Source: a virus. From it: a DNA stretch of 62,752 nucleotides. Positions within the stretch are counted from its first letter, which is position 1, and each line of letters begins with the position of its first letter. The stretch lies in the IMG/VR virus record IMGVR_UViG_3300032435_000007. One strand, given 5' to 3'. Positions 41,501 to 49,433 of this stretch are shown piece after piece. Under the pieces are notes generated by a model, which was not told the DNA's origin, ran no database searches, and saw only the letters and a program-made list of their open reading frames with translations. A program made the position numbers and the translations under genes.

Positions 41501-42553
41501 CCTAACGTTATGCACACCAAGACTACCACCAAGTATGCCCCCAGCCAAGCCTTCAAACGCGGCCTGCCCCGCCACACCGCGGGATAGTGGTACATCAAAA
41601 CCCTGTCGTTGCAGGGCTAGATTCTGCGAAAACTGCCCCTGCCCTGCCTGTGTAGCCTCAGTTAGGCCTTCTACCGCAAATTCCTTCGCTCCTTCTTTAA
41701 GCACACTTTTCTTGGTTACTTCTTTGCCTGCGGCTCTAGCTACTTCCTTAGCCGCGGCTTTCGCGGCTATTTCTTTTGTGGTCTGGATACCTAGGGTTTT
41801 CGCCAACACACGGGGCACACCGAGTCTGTTTGCTATACCTCCAATAACACCCCCCAAAGCGATCATATCAAGGTTTTCGCCCCCATATGACTGGGCTTCT
41901 GCTGCGGCTTCTGCTGCGCTTTTCTCATTCACTCCTGCTTTCAGCAGGGCTTCTTCTGTAGCATCGTATATAGAGCCTTTAACGACACCCACACCACCAG
42001 CAATGGCTGTACCACCCGCAACAACCGAACCCCCCAGTATGGAGGCAACATAAGGTGCGGCACTGCCAACGACCATAGAAAGCGTATCCAAAGGGGCTAC
42101 CCCTATTGACTTAGTAGCAGCCTTGAAATTCTCCCAGATACCTTTATCTTCGGCTTCTTTGAACAACCGCCGCTGCTCTGCTGCATCCTTCTTAGACTGC
42201 GCGGAACGGAAGCTGCTTACCCATGAAGCCATATCCTTCATAGTATCCGACACCGCATTGTCTGCACCAAATAAATCCACGATAGACGCAGCGCTACTTA
42301 TTGCACTCTCGGCAATAATGAGGGGGCTATCTGCTACACTGCGTAGGATACTCTGGTCGTCTTCCGCTGCTTTCTCCCTTGCGGCTCTTTTTTTGGCCGC
42401 TGCCGGGGAAATTAGGTATGCTATTATCTCACTACTAGGCACTCCGGCTGAACTAGCCGCCGCTGTGTCATACCCGTATTTTTCACCTAGATACGCAGCT
42501 ATTTCGGCGTCTGGGACTCCGGCTTTACGCGCTGCCTGCAAATTATAACCCAT
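35528..42553 (-). CDS. giant virion-associated (internal/ejection-type) protein with a zincin HExxH motif (2341 aa)
   Basis: Last gene of the late arm, after the SLT protein. HEALGH at aa 1157-1162 (39068-39085). N-terminal duplicated AGVPxxEIxAYL. PVEEAPAPA x4 linker. C-terminal hydrophobic segments. Confidence 0.7.
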   Translation of the reverse strand: MGYNLQAARKAGVPDAEIAAYLGEKYGYDTAAASSAGVPSSEIIAYLISPAAAKKRAAREKAAEDDQSILRSVADSPLIIAESAISSAASIVDLFGADNAVSDTMKDMASWVSSFRSAQSKKDAAEQRRLFKEAEDKGIWENFKAATKSIGVAPLDTLSMVVGSAAPYVASILGGSVVAGGTAIAGGVGVVKGSIYDATEEALLKAGVNEKSAAEAAAEAQSYGGENLDMIALGGVIGGIANRLGVPRVLAKTLGIQTTKEIAAKAAAKEVARAAGKEVTKKSVLKEGAKEFAVEGLTEATQAGQGQFSQNLALQRQGFDVPLSRGVAGQAAFEGLAGGILGGSLGVHNVRVENKTLKRVKQRDADGVDKAEEAIVLPPSDEEKIREAFKDDPTPDRANEARRFRSLYSGVPIADAIAQGKALPDPNAPAAADLATVGDTVPDAGGTAAAVNPAGSLNGFRRTGESNTVGGTEPAAAPSDVTAGGVAAPSPLVPRGEAGTRAANDTLAVDDAEAATGVTLEPAKKERVAAGFLANPEIAADPAMAQEVVRTAAALPLVNPLLDETPADVGIESSPIEPLNTREGVSLPDSQPTARLNKETADISSLRTVAERKAAYKPLVAAEVARRELDLKTPEIQKLVNQTTDRLARATDPLVDPAEAVDVVAKERGLNTIPKTTAPMPEISPVDADPDQESFQQYKRGEIQYGDMTTGAVERLKVARDAENYAAVLADEPNITREEYEQRKTGGMGLFRDMMEGKVNQDGSLAPVEEAPAPAPVEEAPAPAPVEEAPAPAPVEEAPAPAPVAIEDVQVDSTSTPVAMEEAPAPAPVEEISPEAEAELAALPFSEQAALVNDSIQNTSGINQEYKYHYLPKDTQPYRLLQMNDGRKNTVALKDGTLAGLMRQIAGVEANTVGKIKKANATEHKANAKFKETGERAVLLADQIEPGVAPEITPFMRDMQNLYGNLAGLVESGKINPSQFAKIKNAIEEANALPEEAQTKEAFNKVVVKAGVQQKLMDAGLAFRGLDETSKTPTSPLHMNRNEPVSENLRDLLWTAQFQVDALEKAGKLRTRTGSKPAIPITVDVLKDLVLPITRNWKSRLEPKFYETFADLPADIQTIVDDMGAADTIQGMAIDNALYFVAENIASEAEAKAVLFHEALGHVGLRAKFETKMDKVLEDIYDTNPNVRAQADAWAAAHPDEYVDFKDRGNEKALSVEEVLSGMQEQGGPIVGPMAKIAAVVRQFGRMLSRAFKRIVPYTDADVRAILASAAKEITGSKGVVARNSPEGRAALKAQASNNKVSAKAEASHFGTNQRSFKELTDSIWEAVADGHAWESWKGSVSKLLPSLRGKHFDTMLNALPTDAIIDWHDDLFIKAQKLAPRTVTALRSMARIIPKMTSFRSALADATGRLADELGDFVRVYGVKELSDAQHGSRVGAVDPETFGSKTLEEVYATDPVVQDQTRMMNATANKAAKGAHKGKITIRKKQIEPVYNAWKELGRQAGGQKLYAKMRQYYKDMNALERTLRNQKIKNMGLDPASEAKLLDTIRLEQEEAFGETDEHDTASSLYPKVYFPLMRHGDYYLSIKNPEMLGGRQFFLSDSPGQRDDIMRDHAKFVGKTVAELQADPDYFSTGDLAEMNNDFEESSKMLRDQFEIIDQLTAVNNSKYDISKHGSPAAALEAMKQDLKDDLYQTYLRTRPEASLRKRFIHAKAVTGYSNDLMRTLIVQGNQYSSQLAKLKFGKDIQAGIDASYEALEGMPQKDTDKLQPMIKQVADMAMQILNPPKRGAFASAMSQASFIWFLTAPATAAVQLTVIPMRVLPRLTAEYGEVKGWKALTKFSAAFKIKGGDHLISLEGSAFLKDHPILAMAFKTLRDERETFGALVTEVLRNDEAPLNAQKNAYTLGIKVVGAAISATERMSREVAGMATFELEYARLGKTQPELSPDARFELAIDVAADTVNRTVGNYSEFNKPAVFKGDTGRLLFQFKTFSAITTHFFISTARRMLLGLVGKGVSKADTVAAWREMTGVLAMGAIMFNGITGLPLFSVAMWIIDLASEMYDDDDDDEEMRKQSPYGANSAEYRFRYEWLPEMLGQKVTDGAESTTLVDMILNGALSELTDANVASRTSYNDLWFRDNSYATDSTAQTWFSNLIGNVPILSLIDKAGRAKDELDKDEFGRAAEAIMPAFARTSITAARFSSEGAKSRAGDTIFSKHQLSGANIAIQVLGFPPARLSQVQEERMERDKLAGEAKQERTALLHKLNLTRVSYPVDREKVDGILQKMEEHNKKWPAPDLMISRETINKSFDTSMKGKELQFGGDTFTKKDAARELPGAMQARGK
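40141..40258. repeat. 27-bp tandem repeat x4.4 (encodes PVEEAPAPA), plus a solitary copy at 40066-40092
   Basis: CTACTGGCGCAGGTGCAGGTGCTTCCT read directly. Confidence 0.9.
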
Positions 42554-44202
42554 TATGAATCAAACGACGCCGCGGTGACGCCAAGGTTAAAATTATCTGG
42601 CTGCTGGCTAGGTCTAGCCTCATACTTAGCAATATCTGCTCGCGTTTCTTGGTCCATAGCTGCCTGTAGCGCCATAGCCCGTAACTCTGATTCTGCTTTT
42701 GGATTACCGTTCTTTTTGAACAGGCCAAAAGCTGCGGCCTTACCATTTTCATACGTTTTGTAATTCTCGCGTTGGCGATCCCTCATAACGTTGTAGATTG
42801 TGTCCGCAGCCCGCTGTGTCTGTGGTTTGGAAGCCTCTACTGTAAGTCGTGTATTTATAGCAGTTGCGCGTTGCTGGCGTCCTGCGAGTATTTCCTCCTG
42901 CTTCATACCGTCGCGTCTAAGTTGGTCTTCTTGGTCTGTAAGTTCTTTGCGCAACAGGTTATCGACAGAAGATTTATACAAAGCAATACCGACACCTGCG
43001 TCTCTTTCGAGGTCTGCGTTGCCGCTGGCCTCAAGCGCAACTTGCGCGTTCAGGGTTTCCATATCGGATGCTTTACGCGCTGCTGTGGCTTCTTGTGCAG
43101 CAGGTAGCGCAGCATTAGCCGCGCTGCCAAGGTCAGTAAGGAAATTACCCGACTTACCCGCAGCCGTGCCGAAACCAACTTGCGCCAGCATGGACCACAT
43201 ATCCTGATCCTTCTGTGCTTTCTTGGCTTCAGGGGAACGCTCCTTGGCCAACGCTGCCATAAGTTCATCCCTATTGGTATAATCTCTGGGCACCATCTGT
43301 TTGTATTCGCCAACGTACTCGCTGGCTATTCCGGGTTCTAGGCTGGGCAGTCCTGTCGCTGCTTGGTCAGTGGTAAGGGGTTTTTCGTTTGTCTTCCCAT
43401 CAAGCGCCCTAGTGTTCGTAGCCACGTAGTCACGGGTTTCTTTTAGCATTTTGGACAGCCAGTTTTTCCCGTGTTTTTTAATCGCCTTTTGTGTGGCATC
43501 CGGACCGGCGTTATACGCTGCCCACGCTTTCGCTGGGTCGCCACCAAATTCATTCATCATAGCGTTAAGATAGTCGGTACCAAAACGTAGGTTATCCTCT
43601 TTTGAACCATCCCACGCATCCACACCATAGCCCGGATCGCGCCCTGTAGCTGGCATTATTTGCATAAGCCCTTTCGCCCCTTTATGACTCACTGCGTTAG
43701 GGTTATTCCTGCTCTCACTATAGGAGGTTATTGGTACCATACGTTCTATAGTTGACCCCCCACCAGCAAACGCAACCAGCCCTCCACCAGCCATAGACGG
43801 CTGCTCCGCGCCGAACATTTGGTCGGGTACAGGCAAGTCCGTCAACCCCTGCATAGGTGGAGCAATCATCGCACCCTCAGGAGGAGGACCGCCCATACCC
43901 GTGGGAGGACCACCCATGCCTTGTTGAGGAGGCATGGCCCCCGGTCCTCCCGGTTGCGGAGGCGCGCCCTGCTGCTGCTGCTGCGGAGGTGCGAACACCT
44001 GCTGCACTACAGTAGGTGGTGCGCCTTGTCCTAACATATCCCTAGACCGCATACGGTCAATAAACATCCCCGCCAACGTGCCCGCTGTGGGGTCAACAAG
44101 CCCTTGCTGCATCGCCAAGGCTATTTTCTGTTTGCTACCGCCATATTCCTTGGCGATTGTTTCCGGCTGCATCATATCAAAGGAAGTTGTTTGGTCCACC
44201 AT
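42553..44202 (-). CDS. internal virion protein with a lytic transglycosylase (SLT) domain (549 aa)
   Basis: SYSESRNNPNAVSHKGAKGLMQIMP...AYNAGP. The N-terminus is Pro/Gly/Gln-rich. Confidence 0.8.
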   Translation of the reverse strand: MVDQTTSFDMMQPETIAKEYGGSKQKIALAMQQGLVDPTAGTLAGMFIDRMRSRDMLGQGAPPTVVQQVFAPPQQQQQGAPPQPGGPGAMPPQQGMGGPPTGMGGPPPEGAMIAPPMQGLTDLPVPDQMFGAEQPSMAGGGLVAFAGGGSTIERMVPITSYSESRNNPNAVSHKGAKGLMQIMPATGRDPGYGVDAWDGSKEDNLRFGTDYLNAMMNEFGGDPAKAWAAYNAGPDATQKAIKKHGKNWLSKMLKETRDYVATNTRALDGKTNEKPLTTDQAATGLPSLEPGIASEYVGEYKQMVPRDYTNRDELMAALAKERSPEAKKAQKDQDMWSMLAQVGFGTAAGKSGNFLTDLGSAANAALPAAQEATAARKASDMETLNAQVALEASGNADLERDAGVGIALYKSSVDNLLRKELTDQEDQLRRDGMKQEEILAGRQQRATAINTRLTVEASKPQTQRAADTIYNVMRDRQRENYKTYENGKAAAFGLFKKNGNPKAESELRAMALQAAMDQETRADIAKYEARPSQQPDNFNLGVTAASFDS

Positions 44203-44203
44203 A

Positions 44204-46513
44204 TCATCCTCTTTGGTACATATTATACATACTCAACCCACCAAGCCCCAAACCGCCAATCTGACTGGCTAGGGAAGTAGGGGGAGCGTAAGTCGTTGAT
44301 GTAGACCCCATCGTCATAGGAAGCCCACGGAGCAGGTTGTTATAATACCCAAGCTGCTCGTTGCTATAATCCCGTTGGCGTAGGAAGTCGGCATATTGTT
44401 GGTCCAACTGTGTCTGCTGCATCTGCTGGTACTGGTCGCCCACACCCTGCTGCGCACCATAACGCTGGAGGTCCATCTGCTGCTGCGTCTGACCAAGTTG
44501 TCCTAGGCTATTGGCGCTATCTAATGCAGTCTGGTAACCCTGCATACCAAGGCTACCACCGAACTGACGGGACTGCTCGTACATACGCTGTGCATCAAGG
44601 TTAGCTTGTTGGTTAGCCTGCTGTGCTTGGAACCCGTATTGTGTGCCAAGCTGCTGCGTATCCATAGCCGCACCAAGGTTGGTCTGGCCTACGTTGTACT
44701 GCATCTGTTGGTTGGAGAGCGCCGCCCGCATCGCTTGCTCTGCGTTCATACCTTGTGTCTGTAACTGCGCTTGCAAGTTCTGGACATTCGCCTGTGATTG
44801 GGAGTCTAGGTTGGCAAACGCCGTCTGCATATCTGCCTGCGTCTGTAGCCCTTGGGTCTGTAGCCCAGCGTCCAAATTTGCCTGTCCGGTACCAAACTGC
44901 ATCTGCTGGTTGGAGAGCGCCGCCCGCATCGCTTGGTCTGCATTAAGCCCCTGTGTTTCCAGCTTGGCCGCGAGGTTCTGTACGTTCGCTTGTTGTTGGC
45001 TGTCCATGTTAGACAACGCCATCTGCATATCCGACTGCGTCTGCAAGCCCTGCGTCTGCAAGCCCGACTGCTGGTTGCCCTGTGCTATTGATAAGTCAAC
45101 ACCCTGATTGGCTAGAGCCGCCCGCATCGCTTGGTCTGCATTAAGCCCCTGCGTCTCTAGGCTGGCGGCAAGGTTCTGCACCGCAGTCTGTTGGCCTGCG
45201 TCGAGGTTAGCAAACGCAGTCTGCATACCAACATTAGCACCCAGTTCTTGCGTACCCAGAGCCGCCTGTAAGTTAGACTGCCCTACCTGTAAGCCAGCCT
45301 GTTGGTTCGCAAGGGCAGCGCGCATAGCCTGTTCAGCATTAAGCCCTTGATTCTGAAGCTGTGCGGCTTGGTTTTGGACGTTCGCTTGCTGCTGCGAACT
45401 CATATTTGCTAGTGACTGCTCCATGCCAGTCCGCGTGCCCAATTCCTGCACACCAAGACGCGCCTGTAGGTTGGTCTGATCCGCGGACATTCCGGCACCA
45501 CGATCCCGCTCAAACTGCTGCTGCGCGTTCTCGTATGCCCCTTGTAGGCCTTTATATTGAATATCACTTAGGTTCTGGTTCAGGCCTCGCTCGCGCTCCA
45601 ACCCCGCAAGGGCTTGCCGTGAACCACCGTAGGTGCCCTGACGCGCCGCGCCTAAGTCATCTACAAGCTGGCTCTTCTTGGCGTCGGTTATGGCTTCCCG
45701 TTTGGTTGTATCCACCACATTCTGGATATATGGCGACATATACTGGTCAGCCTGCTGCCGCCCAAATATTTCAGGCTGCTGCATCTGGAACTGCTGCAAC
45801 ATGGGGTTGTAGTTAGACTGCGCGCCTTGCATCTGTGGGGTAGTGTTAGGGTCCACACCAAACCCGGATACCTGCTGCGCTTGCCCCATCTGATATTGTT
45901 GCAGGTTGGGGTTAAAGCTAGTCTGCCCACCTTGCATCTGGGGGGAACCATACTGCTGTGCGCTTACATCACCCACATTGCCCATCATGATATTTTGCAG
46001 GTTAGGCGAATAGCCAGACTGCGCGGCCTGCATAGAGCCACCCTGCTGCGTGGACGGGTTCACCATTCCGGGCAAACCCATCTGCATATTCTGTAAATTC
46101 GCTTGATACCCTGTCTGCGCCGCACCCGTCTGTGGGCTACTGGCGTTCTGATATCCAACACCGCCAACACCGCCCATCTGGTATTGGTTTAGATTTGGCT
46201 GGCCAATTTGCTGCGCCGAAAACTGGTACGGGCTGTACTGGGACGCACCTAGCGCGCCTAGACCCGCCGTAGAGGCTAAGTTGGACGCAGTGCCCATCTG
46301 CCCCGGCTGTTGCATCCCCATTATATTCTGCTGGCCCTGCAACTGGTAGGGGTTGAAATCCGCTTGGCGCTCGGCAGTATAGGGTTGGTAAGGCTGGTTG
46401 AGATTTGCCTGTGCCGACTGCATCATATTCATGAAGTACGGTTCTGCGTACTCCGGCAGATTGCTGGTGGTAGTAGTGACTTGTTGCTCTGTTGGAGCTT
46501 TAGATGCGCCCAT
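44204..46513 (-). CDS. Gln/Asn-rich internal virion protein candidate with four ~65-aa tandem repeats (769 aa)
   Basis: QQANVQNLAAKLETQGLNADQAMRAAL... repeated four times (aa 373-635). N-terminal (Y/F)xPNLQxxxMG repeats. Confidence 0.6.
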   Translation of the reverse strand: MGASKAPTEQQVTTTTSNLPEYAEPYFMNMMQSAQANLNQPYQPYTAERQADFNPYQLQGQQNIMGMQQPGQMGTASNLASTAGLGALGASQYSPYQFSAQQIGQPNLNQYQMGGVGGVGYQNASSPQTGAAQTGYQANLQNMQMGLPGMVNPSTQQGGSMQAAQSGYSPNLQNIMMGNVGDVSAQQYGSPQMQGGQTSFNPNLQQYQMGQAQQVSGFGVDPNTTPQMQGAQSNYNPMLQQFQMQQPEIFGRQQADQYMSPYIQNVVDTTKREAITDAKKSQLVDDLGAARQGTYGGSRQALAGLERERGLNQNLSDIQYKGLQGAYENAQQQFERDRGAGMSADQTNLQARLGVQELGTRTGMEQSLANMSSQQQANVQNQAAQLQNQGLNAEQAMRAALANQQAGLQVGQSNLQAALGTQELGANVGMQTAFANLDAGQQTAVQNLAASLETQGLNADQAMRAALANQGVDLSIAQGNQQSGLQTQGLQTQSDMQMALSNMDSQQQANVQNLAAKLETQGLNADQAMRAALSNQQMQFGTGQANLDAGLQTQGLQTQADMQTAFANLDSQSQANVQNLQAQLQTQGMNAEQAMRAALSNQQMQYNVGQTNLGAAMDTQQLGTQYGFQAQQANQQANLDAQRMYEQSRQFGGSLGMQGYQTALDSANSLGQLGQTQQQMDLQRYGAQQGVGDQYQQMQQTQLDQQYADFLRQRDYSNEQLGYYNNLLRGLPMTMGSTSTTYAPPTSLASQIGGLGLGGLSMYNMYQRG

Positions 46514-46980
46514 TATACAACCACCTTCTCTTTAGCTACTTCAGCAGGGGTAATATCAATTTCAAAAGCCAGCCAACGCCGCTTGGCCCCTTCATTCTTG
46601 AACATACGCTCCCAGCCTTCACGGCCCATAGCTTCTAGTTTCACACAGCCGTTGTCTGCCCCCCACTTTTTTAGCAGGTCCAGCATTGGTATCTTCCATT
46701 CCGGCCCGTCTTCGCCACCAATAAACATCATATCCAGAGCCTTTAGGCGTGGGTATTGTACAAACCCTGTGACTACGGCTCCTTTAATACCAGTACCATC
46801 GAAAGCAATCCAGAGTTTATATCCCAGAGTTTCCACAAGGGCGAGAATATCTTCCGATTCATAACGGCCACCAGAGTAGGCAGCGCCCTTCTCTATATAT
46901 TCCTCAATGTCGGGCCATAATTCCCTTGCTAGTTCATTAGGGACCATGGACGCCTGCATGGGTATTTTCTCTACCAACAT
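46513..46980 (-). CDS. hypothetical virion-module protein (155 aa)
   Basis: Start/stop-coupled between two internal-protein genes. The fold is not assignable by eye. Confidence 0.55.
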   Translation of the reverse strand: MLVEKIPMQASMVPNELARELWPDIEEYIEKGAAYSGGRYESEDILALVETLGYKLWIAFDGTGIKGAVVTGFVQYPRLKALDMMFIGGEDGPEWKIPMLDLLKKWGADNGCVKLEAMGREGWERMFKNEGAKRRWLAFEIDITPAEVAKEKVVV

Positions 46981-48755
46981 TACATTGCGCTCTTGGCTAG
47001 TTTGCTATCGTGCCCACGTTTGGCTTTTCGGCGGGAATCCTGCGCTTTATCCATCAAGGCATATAGCTTGTCCGCGCCCTTTTTCACATTCCCGCCGCCC
47101 ATCATCCTAACAGAGTTAGGGGAGAAGACCACTTCATCACGGGCTACTCTGGCTGGTGCGCTACCGTTAATACTCGCAGGTACGTCATCACTGACCCCAT
47201 CGCCGCGGCCCATAACAGGCGTACCACCATAACGAGATAGGAACTCCTGCCCCGCACCGCTGCTACCATTACCTAATTCAGATACGGTGCGCGCATCAAC
47301 TACAAAGGAGTCGTCCTGCAACGGTACAGGCTGCCCTCCCCCCTGCATGGCCTGTTTATGCCAGTCAGGTGCTTGGAGGTTATTTGGGTTTGGGATATTA
47401 TTAAAACTGAACGGGTTACGCTGCGCTTGCGCCTGCGGTTGCGTTTGTGCCTGCGGTGAAGGGGTTGGACCTGTTGGGCCACCCCCCTGCTTTTGCATGG
47501 CTTGTATCATTTGCTGTAAATCAAAACCACCTGCGCCACTCGTGACGCCCATACCTCCGTAACCTCCCCCATATCCTCCATATCCTCCAGCGCCACCACT
47601 GGTAGGTGCCATTGATACTTGAGAGAACCCATGGTCTACCTCACCGCCACCAGCATATCCCGCGGGAGGGTTCTGGGAGGCATAATATCCCGCGTTAGGG
47701 TTTTGGAACCACATTTGCTCGGACGAAGTGGCCCGCGGGTCACGCTCTGTATATCCACGATCTTTCGGGAGATACGGTCCTTCGTATGGGTATTTATCTT
47801 TTTTCTCGGGGGGTTTGTACGCCCCACCTTCAAGCGCACCGCTAACACCTCCTAGGATACCCAGACCGCCCATAATAGGCCCAGCGTTCTTCAACATACC
47901 GCTGTCTGCAATACGTGTGGCGTCCGCAAATCCACCCATGAACCCCTGTTGGGGAACATTACCTACCATTATAGGGGACGCCCCTACACCGGAGCCTATG
48001 CCCGCGGCGGGGAGGATACTTGTGGGTGCGCCTGCGCCTGCTGCCATACCCCCTTCAGCGGCCATTTTTGCCAAAAACTCAGGCGAGGATTGGAGTGCCG
48101 CCATACCCGGTATACTTGGTGCCACTCCAGCAGCTACACCTGCGCCCGCTGCACCACCACCTTCAGCAGCAGCTTGCGCTAGAATCTCGGGAGATATCAC
48201 GTTCCCAATACCACCTGCCGCTCCTGCGCCAGTGGCCGCCGCGCCCGGAACCGCCCCTGCTGCCCCTGCTGCCCCTGCTGCCCCTGCTGCCCCTACGCCA
48301 CTGGCTGCCGCGCCTGTGCCCATATTTGCCCCAAACATACCAGCATTACTACTTAACAACCCGCCAGCGTTACCCCCAAGAAGGGACGACCCTACGCCAA
48401 GGCCCCCAGCTAGACCCGCGCCACCGAAGGCACCGAGGCCAGCCATAAGGCCTTTGTTAAGATCACCAGTAAGTATCCCGGTGCCTCCACCTACCATAGC
48501 AGCGGCAAGAGGCGCACCGACTCCCGTGGCTGCAAGCAATCCACCTGCTACCATAGGGAGAATGCTGGATAGGAACCCAGCCTCTGGAAGACCCGTATCG
48601 GGGTTAATAGTGAGGGAGCCTCCATGCGCCATAGCCAACCCTTGCAGGCTGTTAATTTCGTTGGGGGTCATATGGATAAGCTGCGTATCTTCGCCACGGC
48701 CCCGTGACTGAATCTGCTGCGCCATGCCGTGATATGCGGAGGATTGGTCGGTCAC
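46980..48755 (-). CDS. Gly/Ala-rich internal virion protein candidate (591 aa)
   Basis: N-terminal GRGEDTQLIHMTPNEINSL..INPDTGLPEAGF, then a long G/A-rich hydrophobic tract. Position matches podovirus core proteins. Confidence 0.55.
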   Translation of the reverse strand: MTDQSSAYHGMAQQIQSRGRGEDTQLIHMTPNEINSLQGLAMAHGGSLTINPDTGLPEAGFLSSILPMVAGGLLAATGVGAPLAAAMVGGGTGILTGDLNKGLMAGLGAFGGAGLAGGLGVGSSLLGGNAGGLLSSNAGMFGANMGTGAAASGVGAAGAAGAAGAAGAVPGAAATGAGAAGGIGNVISPEILAQAAAEGGGAAGAGVAAGVAPSIPGMAALQSSPEFLAKMAAEGGMAAGAGAPTSILPAAGIGSGVGASPIMVGNVPQQGFMGGFADATRIADSGMLKNAGPIMGGLGILGGVSGALEGGAYKPPEKKDKYPYEGPYLPKDRGYTERDPRATSSEQMWFQNPNAGYYASQNPPAGYAGGGEVDHGFSQVSMAPTSGGAGGYGGYGGGYGGMGVTSGAGGFDLQQMIQAMQKQGGGPTGPTPSPQAQTQPQAQAQRNPFSFNNIPNPNNLQAPDWHKQAMQGGGQPVPLQDDSFVVDARTVSELGNGSSGAGQEFLSRYGGTPVMGRGDGVSDDVPASINGSAPARVARDEVVFSPNSVRMMGGGNVKKGADKLYALMDKAQDSRRKAKRGHDSKLAKSAM

Positions 48756-48817
48756 GTATGATTCCTATCTAGCTTGTGGCTACGCTTATAGTACGAAAAC
48801 GCCGCCAAGGGAACAAC

Positions 48818-48979
48818 TCACTTTTCTTCAGGGGTTGGTAACGTTGTCATTTGTGCGTCAGCTTGCTCTTTAATCTTCATAAGCAGTGGGAATACCCCAC
48901 TTGAAGTAGGGGTCTGGCCTAGCACGTTAGCAATAGTCTGTACTTCGTCTATAGACAATTCTAGTTTAATATTCATCAT
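48818..48979 (-). CDS. hypothetical small protein (53 aa)
   Basis: GAGGAG RBS precedes ATGATG. Below the ORF-track cutoff. Confidence 0.45.
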   Translation of the reverse strand: MMNIKLELSIDEVQTIANVLGQTPTSSGVFPLLMKIKEQADAQMTTLPTPEEK

Positions 48980-49077
48980 ATACTCCTCAAAAGTTAAACG
49001 GGGTTATCATGTTTTATGCTTTCGCTCTAGAAGCAGTTGCCGGATTGTTAGCAGGTTAAGGAGTTGGTCGGAGACGC

Positions 49078-49422
49078 TCATGATTCAGCCGGTGATGCCC
49101 AAGGGAGGGGCGGGGTCACAAGTGGCGGGCTTGCCAACGCCTCGATCTGAAGACCTAGGTTGTCTTCGTAAGCTGCGACCTGAACCGCCCCCATAGTGCT
49201 ATGCACCCAGCCAACGACATGGGCTTGTGTCAGTGATGAGAAGTCCGTGAACTCGCTGGCAGAGACAAGCGGGATGTTCAATACCCCGCGTATGGTAGCC
49301 GAATGAACACCACCCGTCCCAGCCAGCATCCATCCGATAGTGGAGACCACGTTATATTTACCCGCTACGTCAGAATAACACTGCATTTCAGTGATCGACC
49401 AAGTTTTTACGATTTGTGCCAT
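49078..49422 (-). CDS. hypothetical tail-module protein (114 aa from ATG 49422)
   Basis: The internal ATG after GAGAGGG is preferred. The ORF-track start at 49470 overlaps the fiber gene. Confidence 0.5.
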   Translation of the reverse strand: MAQIVKTWSITEMQCYSDVAGKYNVVSTIGWMLAGTGGVHSATIRGVLNIPLVSASEFTDFSSLTQAHVVGWVHSTMGAVQVAAYEDNLGLQIEALASPPLVTPPLPWASPAES

Positions 49423-49433
49423 ATTTTTCCCTC

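Noticed and set aside
35528-42553. The giant protein as an N4-like virion RNA polymerase, which would explain the T7-like promoter cores and the hairpin-capable palindromes
   Set aside because: I could not find the T7-family motifs by eye (RxxxKxxxxxxxYG, the motif A and C aspartates in context, T/DxxGR). The protein looks like an HExxH polyvalent or ejection protein. A profile search should still be run before fully excluding this.
47728-48711. Long antisense or alternate-frame ORFs (327 aa here; also 5400-6122, 25395-26198, 13938-14543, 40632-41333, 36864-37472 and others)
   Set aside because: They are shadow ORFs opposite or out of frame with well-supported genes. Their sequences are Pro/Ala/Arg/Ser-rich low-complexity, as expected from GC-rich or repetitive coding DNA read in the wrong frame.
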